Part shown: piece after piece, positions 27,587 through 29,359 of the stretch
Layout of the letters: every line of letters begins with the position of its first letter
How positions within the stretch are numbered: position 1 is the stretch's first letter
Origin: Fidelibacterota bacterium
GTDB lineage: Bacteria > Fidelibacterota > Marinisomatia > Marinisomatales > TCS56
DNA: 29,359 nt
NCBI GenBank assembly: GCA_043822705.1
Contig: JBDRBK010000130.1
Span: 1 to 29,359 of the forward strand
Reading direction: 5' to 3'
Made by a program: the position numbers and the translations under genes
The notes under the pieces: generated by a model
The model's database searches: none
What the model saw: the letters and a program-made list of their open reading frames with translations, nothing else
What the model was told of the DNA's origin: nothing

Positions 27587-28123
27587 TTATCCGGTATTGT
27601 GCCGAGGTCCGGCTGCATGTTGCCGGATAATCATTTCATCGATGGCAGCCGTGATTTTGAGATACAGTGGCTCGATGCTGCGGGTCCGCGAGGCCGACGA
27701 AATGGCATCGATCCTGGTTCGGCTGAATTTATCGCGGGAATCACCGAAGGTCATGATGAATACCAACCGTTCGGCGTCAGTTGTGTGCTCCAGATATTTT
27801 GTAATTCCCGGTTCGATATCATTGCAGGCGATACAGGTTTCAAGGATCAGGATGGCATCGAATTTACTGGTGTCGGTAGACCTCAAATTGGCGATATTGA
27901 TTACTTTGATATTGGCGTATTCTTTATAATTATTGATCACCAGCCGGCGTAATCGATCCTTGAAAGTGGTGGCATCGCTGGCGATCAACAGATTGAACCG
28001 GGCCTGGTCATTGAGATAAACCGCTTCATCCAGCTTCAACGAATTAAGGAAAAATAAAAATGCTGTACATATGACAATTGTGACACTCAGGAGGATTATT
28101 GCCGTTGGTTTTAGAATCTTCAT
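27587..28123 (-). CDS. Membrane-anchored hypothetical protein, flavodoxin-like alpha/beta pattern
   Basis: N-terminal TM helix; alternating strands and helices (LLIAS, IKVINI, FDAILIL, LVFIMT); DAISSAS motif near the C-terminus. Confidence 0.65.
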   Translation of the reverse strand: MKILKPTAIILLSVTIVICTAFLFFLNSLKLDEAVYLNDQARFNLLIASDATTFKDRLRRLVINNYKEYANIKVINIANLRSTDTSKFDAILILETCIACNDIEPGITKYLEHTTDAERLVFIMTFGDSRDKFSRTRIDAISSASRTRSIEPLYLKITAAIDEMIIRQHAAGPRHNTG

Positions 28124-28230
28124 CGTCGGTCACTATCTGCAACTTGGACGATCCGGCAGGGAAAAAGTTGTCGAATAAACCAGGATTAATAAATAAACAG
28201 GGTAAAGGCAGTTGGCCTGCCTTTACCCGA

Positions 28231-28329
28231 TTAACCAATCATGAAGGGAAAGAAAGCGGCGATCAACAGGCCGATCGGTATCAGCCAGCTGGCCAGCCAC
28301 TTGATCTCCCAGGCCGTTATCTTTTTCAT
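28231..28329 (-). CDS. Small single-TM membrane protein (32 aa)
   Basis: AAGGAG RBS 8 nt before ATG; sequence MKKITAWEIKWLASWLIPIGLLIAAFFPFMIG. Confidence 0.55.
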   Translation of the reverse strand: MKKITAWEIKWLASWLIPIGLLIAAFFPFMIG

Positions 28330-28454
28330 TTCTCTGTCTCCTTTAAGCTGTGAAATATTCATATACCCTATTGACCAACTGTTTGAATAAAAGGTTGCCT
28401 GGCTAATTAACAGTGTGATTGGCGGCACATTGGTGGAATGGTGTAAATTTCAAT

Positions 28455-28703
28455 ATGTATGGAATAATCAATCTAATATTTCAAGTTCTCTACCTGTGTC
28501 TGCTGGCCCGGGTGATTCTGTCCTGGATCGACCACAACCCGTATAATGAAATAATCCGCTGGATTTATAAAATCACCGATCCCCTGCTGCGCCCGTTCCA
28601 GGCAATCCTGCCGCCCACCAGTCTGGGTATCGACATATCACCGATACTGGCATTCTTCGCCCTGGGTTTTTTGCGCAACCTGATTTTTCGGATGCTCTAT
28701 TAG
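28455..28703 (+). CDS. yggT: YggT family membrane protein
   Basis: ARVILSWI, ITDPLLRPFQ and GIDISPILAF motifs; ATG at 28455. Confidence 0.93.
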   Translation: MYGIINLIFQVLYLCLLARVILSWIDHNPYNEIIRWIYKITDPLLRPFQAILPPTSLGIDISPILAFFALGFLRNLIFRMLY

Positions 28704-28992
28704 GAGTTAGTCGATCCCAGATCTGCAAAGTTTATTCAAAACTGCCTGGACCGGCCACGCTGCCAGAATCTGCGATACGGACGAAAATACCCGGCAGCCA
28801 GGAAAAAATTTTCTTAAGTGCAGCCGGAAATATTTGTACGAAAATACCGCTGTAGTGCCGGCAACCGACGACAATCAGTATAAAATAATGCGCTGGCATC
28901 AAATTTGTTAAAAAAATGCTTGTTACGAGTAGTAGTGCGGCCCTAACATCCGCGCTATATTTTCCAGTCATGGAAAGCACTAAGGAACTGAA

Positions 28993-29142
28993 TTGAAATC
29001 AGAATATCAGCACAGACCATTCGCTGCCGGCCAGCCAGCCGGACCGGAGATGTGCATTCTGACCGGTTCCTTACGGAAGACGGCGATTCTGCTGGGTCTT
29101 CTGGCTCTGATTACTATTGAGATCGTCGTCTCGATAGCCTGA
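28993..29142 (+). CDS. Putative branched-chain amino acid attenuator leader peptide
   Basis: TAAGGA RBS then TTG at 28993 (alternative ATG at 29050); ends ILLGLLALITIEIVVSIA*, with 12 of the last 18 codons Ile/Leu/Val; directly upstream of ilvD. Confidence 0.75.
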   Translation: MKSEYQHRPFAAGQPAGPEMCILTGSLRKTAILLGLLALITIEIVVSIA

Positions 29143-29279
29143 CCGAAATTTTACATTCGGCAGGCATTGTAGAGACGGCGGAAGCACCTTCCCCCGAATA
29201 ACCTCCCTTTGCCTGCCTGATCCGAAATACCGGTCTGTCCGAGCCCGTCCATGGCTGCAACAGCTTAAGGACAGCTCAA
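29124..29279 (+). promoter_or_regulatory. Attenuator-like alternative RNA structures in the ilvD leader
   Basis: 29124-29132 pairs with 29172-29180 and encloses hairpin 29137-29165; 29156-29166 can instead pair with 29210-29226; no U-tract. Confidence 0.6.
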
Positions 29280-29359
29280 ATGCGATCGGATAAAATCAAA
29301 CAGGGATTCGAACATGCCCCGCACCGCAGCCTGCTGCGGGCCACCGGTGCCATCCGCAG
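29280..29359 (+). CDS. ilvD: Dihydroxy-acid dehydratase (5' end, truncated at window end)
   Basis: AAGGA RBS; MRSDKIKQGFEHAPHRSLLRATG is the characteristic IlvD N-terminus. Confidence 0.88.
   Translation, partial: MRSDKIKQGFEHAPHRSLLRATGAIR

Noticed and set aside
28732..28980. 82-aa minus-strand ORF between yggT and the ilvD leader
   Set aside because: No convincing RBS or motif, and it overlaps the likely promoter region of the leader.

Overview
Bacterial chromosomal window with no mobile elements, rRNA, tRNA or CRISPR array detected. The left part holds the 3' end of an EAL phosphodiesterase gene and a peptidoglycan-recycling group: a Tat-exported S66 LD-carboxypeptidase convergent with an mpaA + divergent Glu/Asp-racemase operon. 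Then come an unexplained ~600-nt unit, acyl-ACP thioesterase, RlmL-like methyltransferase, Tex and an HsmA-like membrane protein. The centre (9.3-27 kb) is a dense signalling island: 4 histidine kinases, 2 NarL/UvrY-type regulators, 10 receiver domains, about 16 PAS domains, and two sensor proteins with no catalytic output. The right end has a lamin-tail lipoprotein, a flavodoxin-like membrane protein, a 32-aa membrane ORF, yggT, and an Ile/Leu/Val-rich leader peptide before the start of ilvD. Main leads: (1) two kinase-less sensors end in the same 'ELERF..ATxDREL[RK]M' coiled coil that aligns in register with an acidic 'AMLYMVEDL' coil in the next kinase, suggesting a plug-in split-sensor system. 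(2) A GacA/UvrY-like operator array with ~23-bp periodicity occurs three times. (3) One copy precedes a GGA-rich, C-rich-loop, intrinsically terminated unit that may be a Csr/Rsm-like sRNA. All family calls come from motif recognition by eye; no searches were run.
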